NCBI GenBank assembly: GCA_002414225.1
Contig: DHYV01000016.1
Coordinates: forward strand, 52,649-116,648
Length of the DNA: 64,000 nt
Source: Desulfobulbaceae bacterium UBA5121
GTDB lineage: Bacteria > Desulfobacterota > Desulfobulbia > Desulfobulbales > UBA5123
Reading direction: 5' to 3'
Shown here: positions 49,171 through 58,048 of the stretch, piece after piece
Layout: each line of letters begins with the position of its first letter
How positions within the stretch are numbered: position 1 is the first letter of the stretch
Notes under the pieces: model-generated
Seen by the model: the letters and a program-made list of their open reading frames with translations, nothing else
Told to the model about the DNA's origin: nothing
The model's database searches: none
Translations under genes and position numbers: made by a program

Positions 49171-49218
49171 ACACATAATGTGGTGTTGCGCCAGTAATGA
49201 GAGCACAAGATGTGGTGT
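49171..49218 (-). promoter_or_regulatory. Two tandem NrdR-box-like operators upstream of nrdJ
   Basis: ACACATAATGTGGTGT (49171-49186) and GCACAAGATGTGGTGT (49203-49218). Each matches about 12 of 16 positions of the NrdR box consensus acaCwAtATaTwGtgt as I recall it. They are spaced 32 bp centre to centre (about 3 helical turns), 180-230 nt upstream of the nrdJ start. Confidence 0.55.
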
Positions 49219-49782
49219 TTGTAAAGCGGAATATCGAGGCGTCGACAAAAACGGCGTTCCTCTCCGCAGGGCGGGCTGAGAAGGCGGATGGCGCTCTGGC
49301 GGCACGAATCGGAACCGGTGGCATTGGCGCAATATTTACCGCCATCCAGAGGCCGCCGACCCCGATTTGATGACGTTAGGCAGGTCGCTTGGGGTTGGTC
49401 CTCGCCAGGGGGGCGCCGGAGATGTTTACCCTCCTATTCAGTCGGCGGCCGGTCCTCCATGCGAAGGGAGTGCGACAGTCTCCTCCGGCCCGGCGTAGAG
49501 CGTTGGGGCCAAGGCTCCGGCTGCCCGATGCATTGCCGATCGCTGCCGGGCGGTACACCCGCGGGGTTGACGAAGCGGCCGGCACTGGAAGCACTTTTCT
49601 AGCGCAAGGTCGGGCGGCAAAGTGGTTTCATGCTGTTGACAGAGAGTGGTTATTATGTGCAAGATTTAGACTGCATTGCTACCCATGCATGTTGCCGCGT
49701 GGCCAGGCCGGTCAGCAGAACAGGGCCGTGGGTGGCGATGCCGGATCTGGTTGGATGCAATGCAAGGGCGGGAGGACAAGCG

Positions 49783-50712
49783 ATGGCGGAACAGGCTGAT
49801 GACAAAAGGACGGAGGGTGGCACCGGACCCTTGACCATTCTGCTCGTGGAGGACAACGAGGCCGACCGGCGAGTGGCCGCGGAGGTTCTCGGTAAGGCGG
49901 GCCACCGGGTGCGCTTCGCCGCCAACGGGCTCGCGGCCTTGGAGCTGCTCTGCCGCGAACGGGTGGATGTCATCTTCATCGACGCGCAGACGCCCGCGAT
50001 GGATGGTCTGGCCGTCACCCGCCTTATTCGGCGCTGTGAGTCAGGCCTGGCCCCCGAGGGCCAGGCCGTGGCCGGCCACCACCAACTCTTCGTGGCCCTC
50101 GGCAAGGTTTTGTCGGGTCACCGCACCCCCATCGTCGCCATGGCCGCTCATGCCAGGGCCGAGGCCGGCGACCGGTGTCTCGCCGCCGGCATGGATGCCT
50201 CCGTCTCCAAGCCTTTCCGGAACGAAGAGGTTCTTGCCGTGCTGGCCCGGGTGGCGGCAGGGGAGGGGGCGGCGACCCGTTCTGCCGTGGTACCTGTCGC
50301 CAAAGAAGTGCCGGCCGCACGGCCATTGCCGGTGATCCCCCAGCCGGTGTTGTTGGAAAACGTCCGGGCTCATTTCCAGCGCCAATACGCCCTGTCGCCG
50401 GAAAAGATCAGCCTCTTGCTGGACTCCCTGGCCGGCAGTGTTTCGACCTTCCTGAACAACGTCGATCGGGCCCGGGCGAATGACGACTGGGAGGACTTGC
50501 CCCGCTGCCTGCACAGCATGAAGGGGATACTCCTCACCATGGGCCTTGAGGACCTGGCCGATCTTGCCCGTCGCGCCGAACGGGGCGCCTGGGAGGGCGA
50601 GATGGAAACTGTGGTCGCCCCCTTGCTCGTCGAGCTGTGCGGCTGTCTCTCGCCCCTGAGCAACCCCGCCGCAGCGCAAGGGGCGGATGTCCAAAGATGG
50701 AGTGGGCGCTAG
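49783..50712 (+). CDS. Response-regulator receiver (REC) fused to a histidine phosphotransfer (HPt) domain
   Basis: ILLVEDNEADRRV...DVIFIDAQTPAMDG...PIVAMAAHA...SKPF (REC), and a C-terminal LPRCLHSMKGILLTMG (HPt HxxKG). GGAGGA Shine-Dalgarno upstream of ATG 49783. The earlier part of the track ORF is rejected. Confidence 0.75.
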   Translation: MAEQADDKRTEGGTGPLTILLVEDNEADRRVAAEVLGKAGHRVRFAANGLAALELLCRERVDVIFIDAQTPAMDGLAVTRLIRRCESGLAPEGQAVAGHHQLFVALGKVLSGHRTPIVAMAAHARAEAGDRCLAAGMDASVSKPFRNEEVLAVLARVAAGEGAATRSAVVPVAKEVPAARPLPVIPQPVLLENVRAHFQRQYALSPEKISLLLDSLAGSVSTFLNNVDRARANDDWEDLPRCLHSMKGILLTMGLEDLADLARRAERGAWEGEMETVVAPLLVELCGCLSPLSNPAAAQGADVQRWSGR

Positions 50713-50815
50713 CTGGCGCCGGTCGGGCGACAAAAAAATACTTGACCGTTGTCGTCTATCACGGTTTCCTCAAGGATACAGCTTGCGATCCACATAACTC
50801 CATCCCTCCCCCCCC

Positions 50816-51289
50816 ATGAACCGACAAAAACTCGCCGCCCTCGTCGAAGAGGCAACCCGCCTGGAACTGCTGGTTTCCGACCTCTACGCGCTGTTCCATG
50901 AGTGCCAGCCGGCAGACGCCGCCTTCTGGTGGACGCTTTCCCTGGAGGAAAAGAACCACGCCGCGTTGCTCAAGAGCGGCCGGGATCACTTCTTGCCCCT
51001 GGGGCTTTTTCCCGTCGAACTCATCCCCTCAGTCCTGGAAACGTTGACCGCCAGAAACAATGAGTTGGAGGCGGCCATTGCCCGCTTCCGCGCCACTCCT
51101 CCTTCCCGCCAAGAAGCTCTGCGCTATGCCCTGGCCCTGGAGGAATCGGCCGCCGAACTCCATTTCCAGCAGGCCCTGGAAGAGCAGGGTCAGTCGACGG
51201 TCATGGACATCTTCCGGACCTTGAACGGCGAAGACCATGATCATGCCGAGCGTATCCGTCGCTATCTTGAGATGCTGCCGTTCGCCTGA
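50816..51289 (+). CDS. Ferritin-like/rubrerythrin-like four-helix-bundle protein
   Basis: 157 aa, helical, with paired E..H-like motifs (LSLEEKNHAALL; ALALEESAAELHFQQAL; GEDHDHAERI). A C8 tract directly precedes the ATG and no Shine-Dalgarno is present. Confidence 0.45.
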   Translation: MNRQKLAALVEEATRLELLVSDLYALFHECQPADAAFWWTLSLEEKNHAALLKSGRDHFLPLGLFPVELIPSVLETLTARNNELEAAIARFRATPPSRQEALRYALALEESAAELHFQQALEEQGQSTVMDIFRTLNGEDHDHAERIRRYLEMLPFA

Positions 51290-51336
51290 ACCGAAGGGGC
51301 CCGACCGCCCCGGACCTCTGCACCACAAGAGAAAGC

Positions 51337-52185
51337 ATGGCTGCAAACAAAAAAACGGACGAGATGCCGGCAAGGACCGGCGAGGCATGGTGGCGGCGGT
51401 TCCGCAACTGGCAGGATGACGTGCCACCCCTTCTGGCCGCCAGTGGCTTGGCCGCCGCGGTCGCCCACCAGCGGCGAATCATCATCAAGCCCAATCTGGT
51501 AGAGCCGGTGCCTCCTCCCATCACCACTCCGGTGGCGCTGGTGGCGGCCCTGGTCGCGTACCTTCGCGAGGTCGCCCCCCATGCCGAACTGGTGGTGGCC
51601 GAAGGGGTCGGTTCACTGCGCCACGACACCTGGCACGTTTTTCGGGAGTTGGGCTATCTTGACCTTGCCCGCCGGCAGGGGGTGGAACTCGTCGACCTCA
51701 ACGACGCCCCCCTGGTGCGGCTGGTCGATCCCACCTGTCTCCGCTGGCCGGAGATGTACCTGCCGGCCATGGTCTTCGACGCCTTCCTCATCTCAGTGCC
51801 GGTCCTGAAGGCCCATTCCCTGGCCGGGGTAACGCTTACCATGAAGAACATGATGGGGTTGGCGCCGCCGGCTCATTATCAGCAGGGCGGCCATTGGAAG
51901 AAGGCATCTTTCCACCATCGGGTTCAGGAGGCGGTCCATGATCTCAATCGTTACCGGGCGCCGGATTTTACCCTGCTCGATGCCACCGTGGGCATGGCCG
52001 AGGCCCATCTCTGGGGGCCCACCTGCCAGCCGCCGGTGAACAGGCTGATCGCGGGCTTCGATCCGGTGGCGGTGGACGCCATCGGCGCCGGGCTGTTGGG
52101 ACAGGACTGGCGCCGCATCGGCCATATCCGGCTCGGTGACGGCGTACTGGGTTCGGCGACCGCGACGGCGGTGGAGGTGGCATGA
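51337..52185 (+). CDS. DUF362 domain-containing protein
   Basis: RIIIKPNLVEP...VVAEG...LISVPVLKAHSLAGVTLTMKNMMG...LLDATVGM matches the DUF362 pattern. Confidence 0.6.
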   Translation: MAANKKTDEMPARTGEAWWRRFRNWQDDVPPLLAASGLAAAVAHQRRIIIKPNLVEPVPPPITTPVALVAALVAYLREVAPHAELVVAEGVGSLRHDTWHVFRELGYLDLARRQGVELVDLNDAPLVRLVDPTCLRWPEMYLPAMVFDAFLISVPVLKAHSLAGVTLTMKNMMGLAPPAHYQQGGHWKKASFHHRVQEAVHDLNRYRAPDFTLLDATVGMAEAHLWGPTCQPPVNRLIAGFDPVAVDAIGAGLLGQDWRRIGHIRLGDGVLGSATATAVEVA

Positions 52186-53084
52186 GCGGCCCGCCGGCCA
52201 TGGGCCTTGAGGAGGCCCGGGCCTTTGTGGCGGCGGTGGCCGGCGCCTATGCCCTGGGCGCGGCCGCGCCGACGGCCCGGCCGGCGGCGGTACCGGCGGC
52301 CGGGGGGAAGAGCCGCGGCCGGGTGCTGGTCTGCGCGCCGCATCCGGACGATGAGTCCCTCACTGGCGCCCTCGCCCTTCGGCTTGCCCGGGAAGGCGGC
52401 TGCGAGGTGACCGCCGTGGCTCTCACCCTGGGGAGCGATCCGGTCCGTCGGCAGGCGCGCGGCGAGGAGTTCGCCGCCGCCACCGCGCTTCTCGGCTGGG
52501 AAGGCGTGGTGGTCCACGGGGGACGTGGCTTTGGCCGGCTCACCCTTTCGGCGCGGGCCGTCGACCCCGGTCGCTGGCAGCGGCAGGTGACGGAACTCGC
52601 CGAACTCTTTACCGCCTGCCGTCCCGATCTCGTGCTCCTTCCCCATGCCGACGATTCCCATCCCACCCACGTAGGCAGCCACCACCTGGCCATGGCGGCC
52701 CTGGGCCGGTACACGGCACGGGGCCAGCTTCAGGTACTGGTGGCGGCCAGCGAGTTTTGGCGGCCCCTGGCGGAGCCCAATCTGTTGGTTGGGGTTGGGG
52801 AGGACGACGTGGCGCGGCTGGTGGCGGCGGTGGCCTGCCATGGAGGCGAGGTGGCCCGCCGGCCCTACCATGCGCGGCTTCCCTTCCGGATGGTGGATAA
52901 CGTCCGGCGGGGCGGCGAGCTGATGGCCGGCTACGGCAGCGGTGCCGCGGCGGCCCTGCTTTTCGGCGAACTCTATCTGCTTGGCCGGCTGGCGGCGGGT
53001 GTATTCCACCGCCATGCCGTTCCGCTGGTGGTGCCTCCCTGCCAGCCGCTTACCCTTGCCGGCCTTGCCGGGGGGGCGCCCTAA
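52182..53084 (+). CDS. PIG-L/LmbE-family N-acetylglucosaminyl deacetylase-like protein
   Basis: VLVCAPHPDDESLTGALAL (AHPDDE motif) and a downstream HADDSHPTH. The start overlaps the DUF362 stop (ATGA). Confidence 0.7.
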   Translation: MSGPPAMGLEEARAFVAAVAGAYALGAAAPTARPAAVPAAGGKSRGRVLVCAPHPDDESLTGALALRLAREGGCEVTAVALTLGSDPVRRQARGEEFAAATALLGWEGVVVHGGRGFGRLTLSARAVDPGRWQRQVTELAELFTACRPDLVLLPHADDSHPTHVGSHHLAMAALGRYTARGQLQVLVAASEFWRPLAEPNLLVGVGEDDVARLVAAVACHGGEVARRPYHARLPFRMVDNVRRGGELMAGYGSGAAAALLFGELYLLGRLAAGVFHRHAVPLVVPPCQPLTLAGLAGGAP

Positions 53085-53088
53085 CGGG

Positions 53089-53928
53089 TTATCCCCGCAG
53101 ATGGTGGTTCAGGGTGGTGGGCTTTTTGGAAAGCCCCAGCTCCTGGGAGACCTCGGTGGCGATCTCCTCGATGGATTTGCCCGTTGTCTTGATCATCGGA
53201 ATGGAATGGCGCAGGAAGAGCTGTTCGGCCTGTTGGATCTCCTCGATACAGGTGGACAACTTGGCGTACCTGCTGCCGGGGTAGCGTTTTTCGCGGACAC
53301 TGTGGAGAAGCTCCGCCGAGGTGGTGAGGCCCACGGCCCGGCGGCAGTTGCGGCGGACCTCATCCGGCAGCCGGTATTGGCTGAGGTATTCTGCGGTGAG
53401 CGGGAAGTTGGCCGATTTCAAGCCGAGCTGGGTGGCCAGATAGACGCTCACCGGGGTTTTGCCGGCCCGGGAAACGCCCACCAGAATGACATCCGATTCG
53501 TCGAGTTCGTCGACATTGGTGCCGTCGTCGTGGTCCAGGCAGAAGTTGATGGCCGCCACCCGCTTGGCCATGCCAACATCGTCGGTGCGGCGTGAAAAGC
53601 CAGGCACCCGCAGCGGTTTGGCCTCCAGGCAGGTTTCCAGCCGTTCGAGAAAAAACTCGTAGGCATCGAAGAATTCCACCTCAGGGCTGTCGAAGACCTT
53701 GAGCAGCTCCGGGTCCATGATGGTGCTGAAGATCAACGGCCGCCGGGAGGCGGACTGTTTGAGGATGTACGCGAGCACCTTCTCCGCCTCGGCCTTGGTG
53801 CGGATGTAGGCGAATTTCTCTTCATGAAAGCTGATTTCCGGGAACTGGCAGAGCAGTGACTGGCCAAGGTTGGTGGCGAGAATGCCGGTGCTGTCCGAAA
53901 GGTAGTAGACGTCCTTGGATTTCCACAT
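53089..53928 (-). CDS. ppsR: Pyruvate,water dikinase (PEP synthase) regulatory protein, kinase/pyrophosphorylase (DUF299)
   Basis: VYYLSDSTGILATNLG, and the P-loop VILVGVSRAGKTPVSVYLA characteristic of PSRP/PpsR. Confidence 0.85.
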   Translation of the reverse strand: MWKSKDVYYLSDSTGILATNLGQSLLCQFPEISFHEEKFAYIRTKAEAEKVLAYILKQSASRRPLIFSTIMDPELLKVFDSPEVEFFDAYEFFLERLETCLEAKPLRVPGFSRRTDDVGMAKRVAAINFCLDHDDGTNVDELDESDVILVGVSRAGKTPVSVYLATQLGLKSANFPLTAEYLSQYRLPDEVRRNCRRAVGLTTSAELLHSVREKRYPGSRYAKLSTCIEEIQQAEQLFLRHSIPMIKTTGKSIEEIATEVSQELGLSKKPTTLNHHLRG

Positions 53929-54289
53929 GGGGGCCGCCCTCCGTTGCGGGTGGTTGCAGGGGCGCCGTCAGTAGCGGCGTGGATCTTTACTTTACGCTAT
54001 TGTCGGGTCGGTGGGCAGCAGAAAAAAGAGGGCGGCGGAAGGATTCCGCATCCCCCGTACCCGCGAGGCTTTGCCAGGGTCTGTTACGTTTTATAGGGTA
54101 GCCGATGCGGCAGCGAGTTGCTTCGGGGATGGGCGAGCGGAACGCGGGGCGCGCCGCCCGGAGCCGTTGGCACCGGGCAGGCAGTGACGCGCCGTGGCGG
54201 GGGGGCTGGGGGGGTGCTTTTTGTTTCGTTTTGCTGCGACTTCGGAAAGGTTTCGCCGGCAGGATGACGTCACGCCACGGATCAGGCGC

Positions 54290-55315
54290 TCAGGCCGAAA
54301 GCAGCCACTGGTTGCGGAGTCGCCGGAAGTCATTCTTGAGTTGTTCGACCCGGCTGCGGTTGAGGGGGGAGGAGGCGGAGTCCGCGGCTTGGTCCACGGC
54401 CTTGTCCACCAGTGGTTCGCTCAAGGGGGCGAGGCGGGGGTGGCTGGCAAGGGCGCGTTTGAGCCGGCTTAACAGCTGCTGGGCGGCCGTGGTTTCCTTT
54501 CCGGTGGGGGGGGACGCCGGAGGATTGGTCCCCGCGGCCTGCTCTTCGGTGGGGGCGGTGAGGGCGTTGGTGAACATCTCGTTGAGCTGTTGCCATTGGG
54601 CCTTGACCATTGCCGCGTAATGGTCGGCCTTGCTCTGGTCGAACCGGTCGGTGAACTGTTTATCGAGTTCTGCCGCCGCTGCGGCCAGGCTCGCCGGGCC
54701 CATGGACTGGCTGAGGCTGGTGGACACCGTGGCGGAGGTCCGGAACGAGGCCGAGAGGCTACTTACCGAGCCCATGTCGCCAAGGTTGAGTGCTCCGCTG
54801 GTGGCCGCCTGTAGATCGCCATTGAAGAAGTCGGTGGCAATGGCCGTCAGGTCGTTGATCAGATTCCTGACGTCGGCCAGCTCTTCGTCGCTCAGGTCAC
54901 CCTGGACGGTGAGGGCCATGGCCTGCGCGGCCTGTGAGGTGGCGCGGCCGCTCATGGTCTGGCGGCCGTCGGCGGTGGTGGCGAACTGCGCCGCGCTGGT
55001 CTGTGAGATGCCCTGGCCAACGGAAAGAGAAACCACGTCGCCCTCGGCGGTCACCATGGAGATGGCGGCTGTTTGGGTACGGCACGCCACCTGCCGGAAC
55101 GAGCTGCTCTGCTGCCGGTCGTCCGCGGCGGTCCTGCGGGTGGTGGTGCTGCCGTTGAAGAGGGGCTGCTGCGGCGGCGAAGGGGATGAGGCGATGGACG
55201 AAGGGGGCATGGGGCTCTCCGGGTTGCCGACCCTGGGGAACCTTGGCGGCAGCGCCGCGGCCGGCCCAGGGGAAAAAGGGGGCGTGCTGCGGCCGGTAGC
55301 GGCCGGCGATGGCAC
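54290..55315 (-). CDS. Hypothetical Ser/Thr/Ala/Gln-rich protein with helical C-terminal half
   Basis: Long ORF directly downstream of glgP on the same strand. It has non-random segments (LTVQGDLSDEELADVRNLINDLTAIATDFFNGD; ELDKQFTDRFDQSKADHYAAMVKAQWQQLNEMF). The N-terminus is uncertain (alternative Met at 55210). It vaguely recalls the DUF5610-type pattern, but this is not confirmed. Confidence 0.5.
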   Translation of the reverse strand: MPSPAATGRSTPPFSPGPAAALPPRFPRVGNPESPMPPSSIASSPSPPQQPLFNGSTTTRRTAADDRQQSSSFRQVACRTQTAAISMVTAEGDVVSLSVGQGISQTSAAQFATTADGRQTMSGRATSQAAQAMALTVQGDLSDEELADVRNLINDLTAIATDFFNGDLQAATSGALNLGDMGSVSSLSASFRTSATVSTSLSQSMGPASLAAAAAELDKQFTDRFDQSKADHYAAMVKAQWQQLNEMFTNALTAPTEEQAAGTNPPASPPTGKETTAAQQLLSRLKRALASHPRLAPLSEPLVDKAVDQAADSASSPLNRSRVEQLKNDFRRLRNQWLLSA

Positions 55316-55388
55316 GCCGTCTCTTTTTCCTCTTCGGCGCTCCGCGGGCGCAACTTGAAAAAAGAAGGCAGTGGCGGCGGGGAAGGCG

Positions 55389-57614
55389 TCAGCGTCGGGC
55401 GGAGAATTCCGGGTCGCTGTCGTAGAGGGCGCGGAAGCGCTGGATGCGTTCGGCGGTCTTGCGGTCCAGGGTGATGGCGTAGCGGTCGAGGTATTCCGCC
55501 GCCATGCGGTGGGTATTGAAGATGGGACAGTTCAATACCAGATTCATGATGCACTTGTCGAGATAGCCGTCCCGGAGGGCCGGTTCGTTAAAGGCGGTGA
55601 GGATCTCCGGGAAAAGGTTGTAGAATGAAGCAGAGTCCTCGGCATAGAGCAGGGCTGCCGGAGACTCGCTCAGAGATTCGGCGTCCACCGGACCCTCGTA
55701 GCCGAATTTCCAGCCGGTTTTGCCTTCATGGTAGCCCTCCACCCACCAGCCGTCCATGATGCTGATGTTGGGTACCCCGTTCATGGCCGCCTTCATGCCG
55801 CTGGTGCCGCTTGCCTCCAGAGGCCGTTTGGGGTTGTTGAGCCAGGCGTGGACCCCCGCCACCATCATCTTGGCGATCTGCATGTCGTAGCCAGGAATGA
55901 AGACCAGTCGGGCCAGGCCGTTACTTTTCAGATAGAGATCCTTCTGGTAGTCCAGTAGCAGTTTGATGAGGCTCTTGCCGGGCTCGTCGGCTGGATGCGC
56001 CTTGCCGGCAAAGATGAAGTTCACCGGCCGGCCGATTTGGACGATGATCTTGGCCAGGGTGTCCAAGTCCTCGAAGATCAGATCGGCGCGCTTGTAGGTG
56101 GAAAAGCGGCGGGCAAAGCCGATGGTAAGTGCCTCGGGAGAGAGATCGCGTTCACCTTCTTCCAGATAAGAGAGGTAGTTGGGTGGATCGATCCAGGTTT
56201 CCTGCATCTGGTTGCGGTGTTCCACCAGCATGCCGTTGACGTAGTCGATGAGCCGTCGGGTGTCCTGCTGCCATGCCTGTTCGAAATAGGCGCGAAAACG
56301 GTTGCTCGCCAGCAGCAGCTTGGCATTGGCAAAGGCGCTGGGGTCGTCGCGCCAGCCCTTCAGTTCAGCGAAACTGTCGTAGAGTTCCGCCTTGGCGTCA
56401 CTGATCCAGGTGAGGTGGTGGACGCCGTTAGTGATGGCGGAGATCTTGGCGGCATACTCTGGGAACTGGTTGCGGGTCACCTCTTTGTGGAGGCGGCTGA
56501 CGCTGTTGGTGGCCCGGTTGACCCGCATGGCCAGTTCGGTAAAGTTGTATACTTGCGGCTGTTCCTTGTCCCGGGCAAGGAGGCGCAGAGTGCGCTGGCA
56601 GAAGGCATGGCCCAGTTCGGCGTAGAGGTCGCGGTTGAAGCGGTCGTGGCCGGCTTTCACCGGGGTGTGGATGGTGTAAACCACCCGCCCCGCCACCTTA
56701 TCCGCCGCCCGGATGATGTCTTCGTCGGTGGCCAGGGTGGCGTATCCCGGTCCGACGGTGGCGAAGAGTTCCCGGGCAATGAGGTGGAGCACCACCACCA
56801 CGCCGTGCTGTTCGTTGAGGTGAATGGTTTTCGAGGTGACCCCCAGTGCCTCCATCACCGGCACGATGCCCGCGCCCAGCAGGCGTCGCTGGATGGCCTT
56901 GGTGCGTTCCGAGCTGCTGTCGTAGAGGTGGTCGGCCGCCGCCCGGATCCACTCCGGCGACGAGGGAATACTGTAGTCCAGCAGTATCTGCGGGACAAAG
57001 AAGTCCAGGGTACTGTTAACTTCCATCTTCAGCCACACCTGGGCGTGGGCCACGGAGTTGCGGTCGTGGCCGTCGGAGAACGGCACCTCGATGACCAGGG
57101 GGTGGTCCGGGTGATCGGGGTCGCGAAGCAGATAAAGAGAGGGGGTTTCTTCGGGCCGCCATTCGGAGGTCCAGGCGATTTGGCCCAGGCGCGAGTCCAC
57201 CAGCTGTGAGAAATAGCCCTTGCGGTAGAGGAGGGTGATGGCCAGTGCCGGGATCCGACTGTCGGCAAAGCTCTTCAGGGTATCGCCAGCCAGTACGCCC
57301 AGGCCACCACTGTAATTGGGGAGTTTCTCAGCGCCGTGGAGGAATTTTTTGATGAATTGGTCCAGGACCGGATCGGTGCTGTCGGTAATCTCCAGTCGTT
57401 CCAGTCGGCTCTTGATGGGATGGAAGACGTCGCGTTCAGCGCCGATCTCCATGGAGACGTAGGTGACGGAGTTGCCGTCGGCCGCGGTGAGTTCGTGCCA
57501 GACCTGATCAAGTACTTTCTGGGAAACCCCGAAAAAGGTACCGAGGGAGTTGCTGGCGAGCATGTCGTGGACGGCCTGATCGTTGTCGACTAAAGGCAGG
57601 TGCGGTTTTTTCAT
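55389..57614 (-). CDS. glgP: Alpha-glucan (glycogen/maltodextrin) phosphorylase, GT35, short 'alpha-glucan family' type
   Basis: YVSMEIG...LPNYSGGLGVLAGDTLKSFAD...LLYRKGYF, and the PLP site EASGTSGMKAAMNGVPNISIMDGWW. Confidence 0.9.
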   Translation of the reverse strand: MKKPHLPLVDNDQAVHDMLASNSLGTFFGVSQKVLDQVWHELTAADGNSVTYVSMEIGAERDVFHPIKSRLERLEITDSTDPVLDQFIKKFLHGAEKLPNYSGGLGVLAGDTLKSFADSRIPALAITLLYRKGYFSQLVDSRLGQIAWTSEWRPEETPSLYLLRDPDHPDHPLVIEVPFSDGHDRNSVAHAQVWLKMEVNSTLDFFVPQILLDYSIPSSPEWIRAAADHLYDSSSERTKAIQRRLLGAGIVPVMEALGVTSKTIHLNEQHGVVVVLHLIARELFATVGPGYATLATDEDIIRAADKVAGRVVYTIHTPVKAGHDRFNRDLYAELGHAFCQRTLRLLARDKEQPQVYNFTELAMRVNRATNSVSRLHKEVTRNQFPEYAAKISAITNGVHHLTWISDAKAELYDSFAELKGWRDDPSAFANAKLLLASNRFRAYFEQAWQQDTRRLIDYVNGMLVEHRNQMQETWIDPPNYLSYLEEGERDLSPEALTIGFARRFSTYKRADLIFEDLDTLAKIIVQIGRPVNFIFAGKAHPADEPGKSLIKLLLDYQKDLYLKSNGLARLVFIPGYDMQIAKMMVAGVHAWLNNPKRPLEASGTSGMKAAMNGVPNISIMDGWWVEGYHEGKTGWKFGYEGPVDAESLSESPAALLYAEDSASFYNLFPEILTAFNEPALRDGYLDKCIMNLVLNCPIFNTHRMAAEYLDRYAITLDRKTAERIQRFRALYDSDPEFSARR

Positions 57615-57954
57615 CTTTGTTGCTGTGGCGGCAAGGTTACAGGTGGTGAACGGAATCAGCGGCGGACGTGAATGCCTGACCGCCGGGTGGCATGGGAATG
57701 GGAGGCGGAATCAAAAAACGACAAGACCAGAGGCGACGTGGCCGTGCTCTTTTCTAACCGGGAATTGCGGTTTGCCGTCACCCGTTTCGAGGAAGGTGTT
57801 GTCCCGAACATCCGGTTACATCCAACCTATGCTGCCAAAAACGATTTTGCAACATTAATTATCCGAAACGGTGCGCTTTGCCTGGACGCCGCGGCAACAG
57901 CGCATTCTTGCCGCCTCCGGACTGGCGAAACGAAATATTATTGAAAAAAAATAA

Positions 57955-57983
57955 ATTGAATTTCCAAATCGTTATTCTATAAT
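57955..57983 (+). promoter_or_regulatory. Candidate sigma70 promoter for pal-skp
   Basis: TTGAAT (57955-57960), a 17-nt spacer, then TATAAT (57978-57983), preceded by the A-rich tract TGAAAAAAAATAAA (UP-element-like). It lies about 107 nt upstream of the pal ATG. Confidence 0.55.
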
Positions 57984-58048
57984 GGACTCTATTCTATAAA
58001 ATTTGGTTTATCTTTTGGGCGTTGTCTTGCCCGTTTTAATTCGTGTGC

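Noticed and set aside
49250-49782. Possible cobalamin riboswitch near the B12-dependent RNR gene (AAGGGAG...CCGGCCCGGCG and GGCACTGG segments).
   Set aside because: There is no proper B12 box (GCCACTG) or GGTG...AATCC core. The orientation and position do not fit regulation of nrdJ, and B12 repression of a B12-dependent RNR is not expected.
54168-54183. Sigma-54-like element TGGCAC-N5-AGGCA on the plus strand.
   Set aside because: There is no plus-strand gene downstream for about 4 kb; all neighbours are on the minus strand. The -12 element is also imperfect, so this is probably a chance match.
55995-57209. 404-aa plus-strand ORF inside glgP, and 25756..27054 on the plus strand (432 aa) across the two FtsX permease genes.
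   Set aside because: Both are antisense to genes with strong family signatures (PLP site; FtsX motifs). They are typical GC-rich shadow ORFs.
57672-57944. 90-aa ORF in the glgP/pal divergent intergenic region, with a somewhat protein-like sequence (VAVLFSNRELRFAVTRFEEGVVPNIRLHP...).
   Set aside because: Third-position GC (about 60% by hand count) is far below that of neighbouring genes. The ribosome-binding site is weak and no family was recognised. Not enough support to call it, but it could be rechecked with conservation or ribosome-profiling data.
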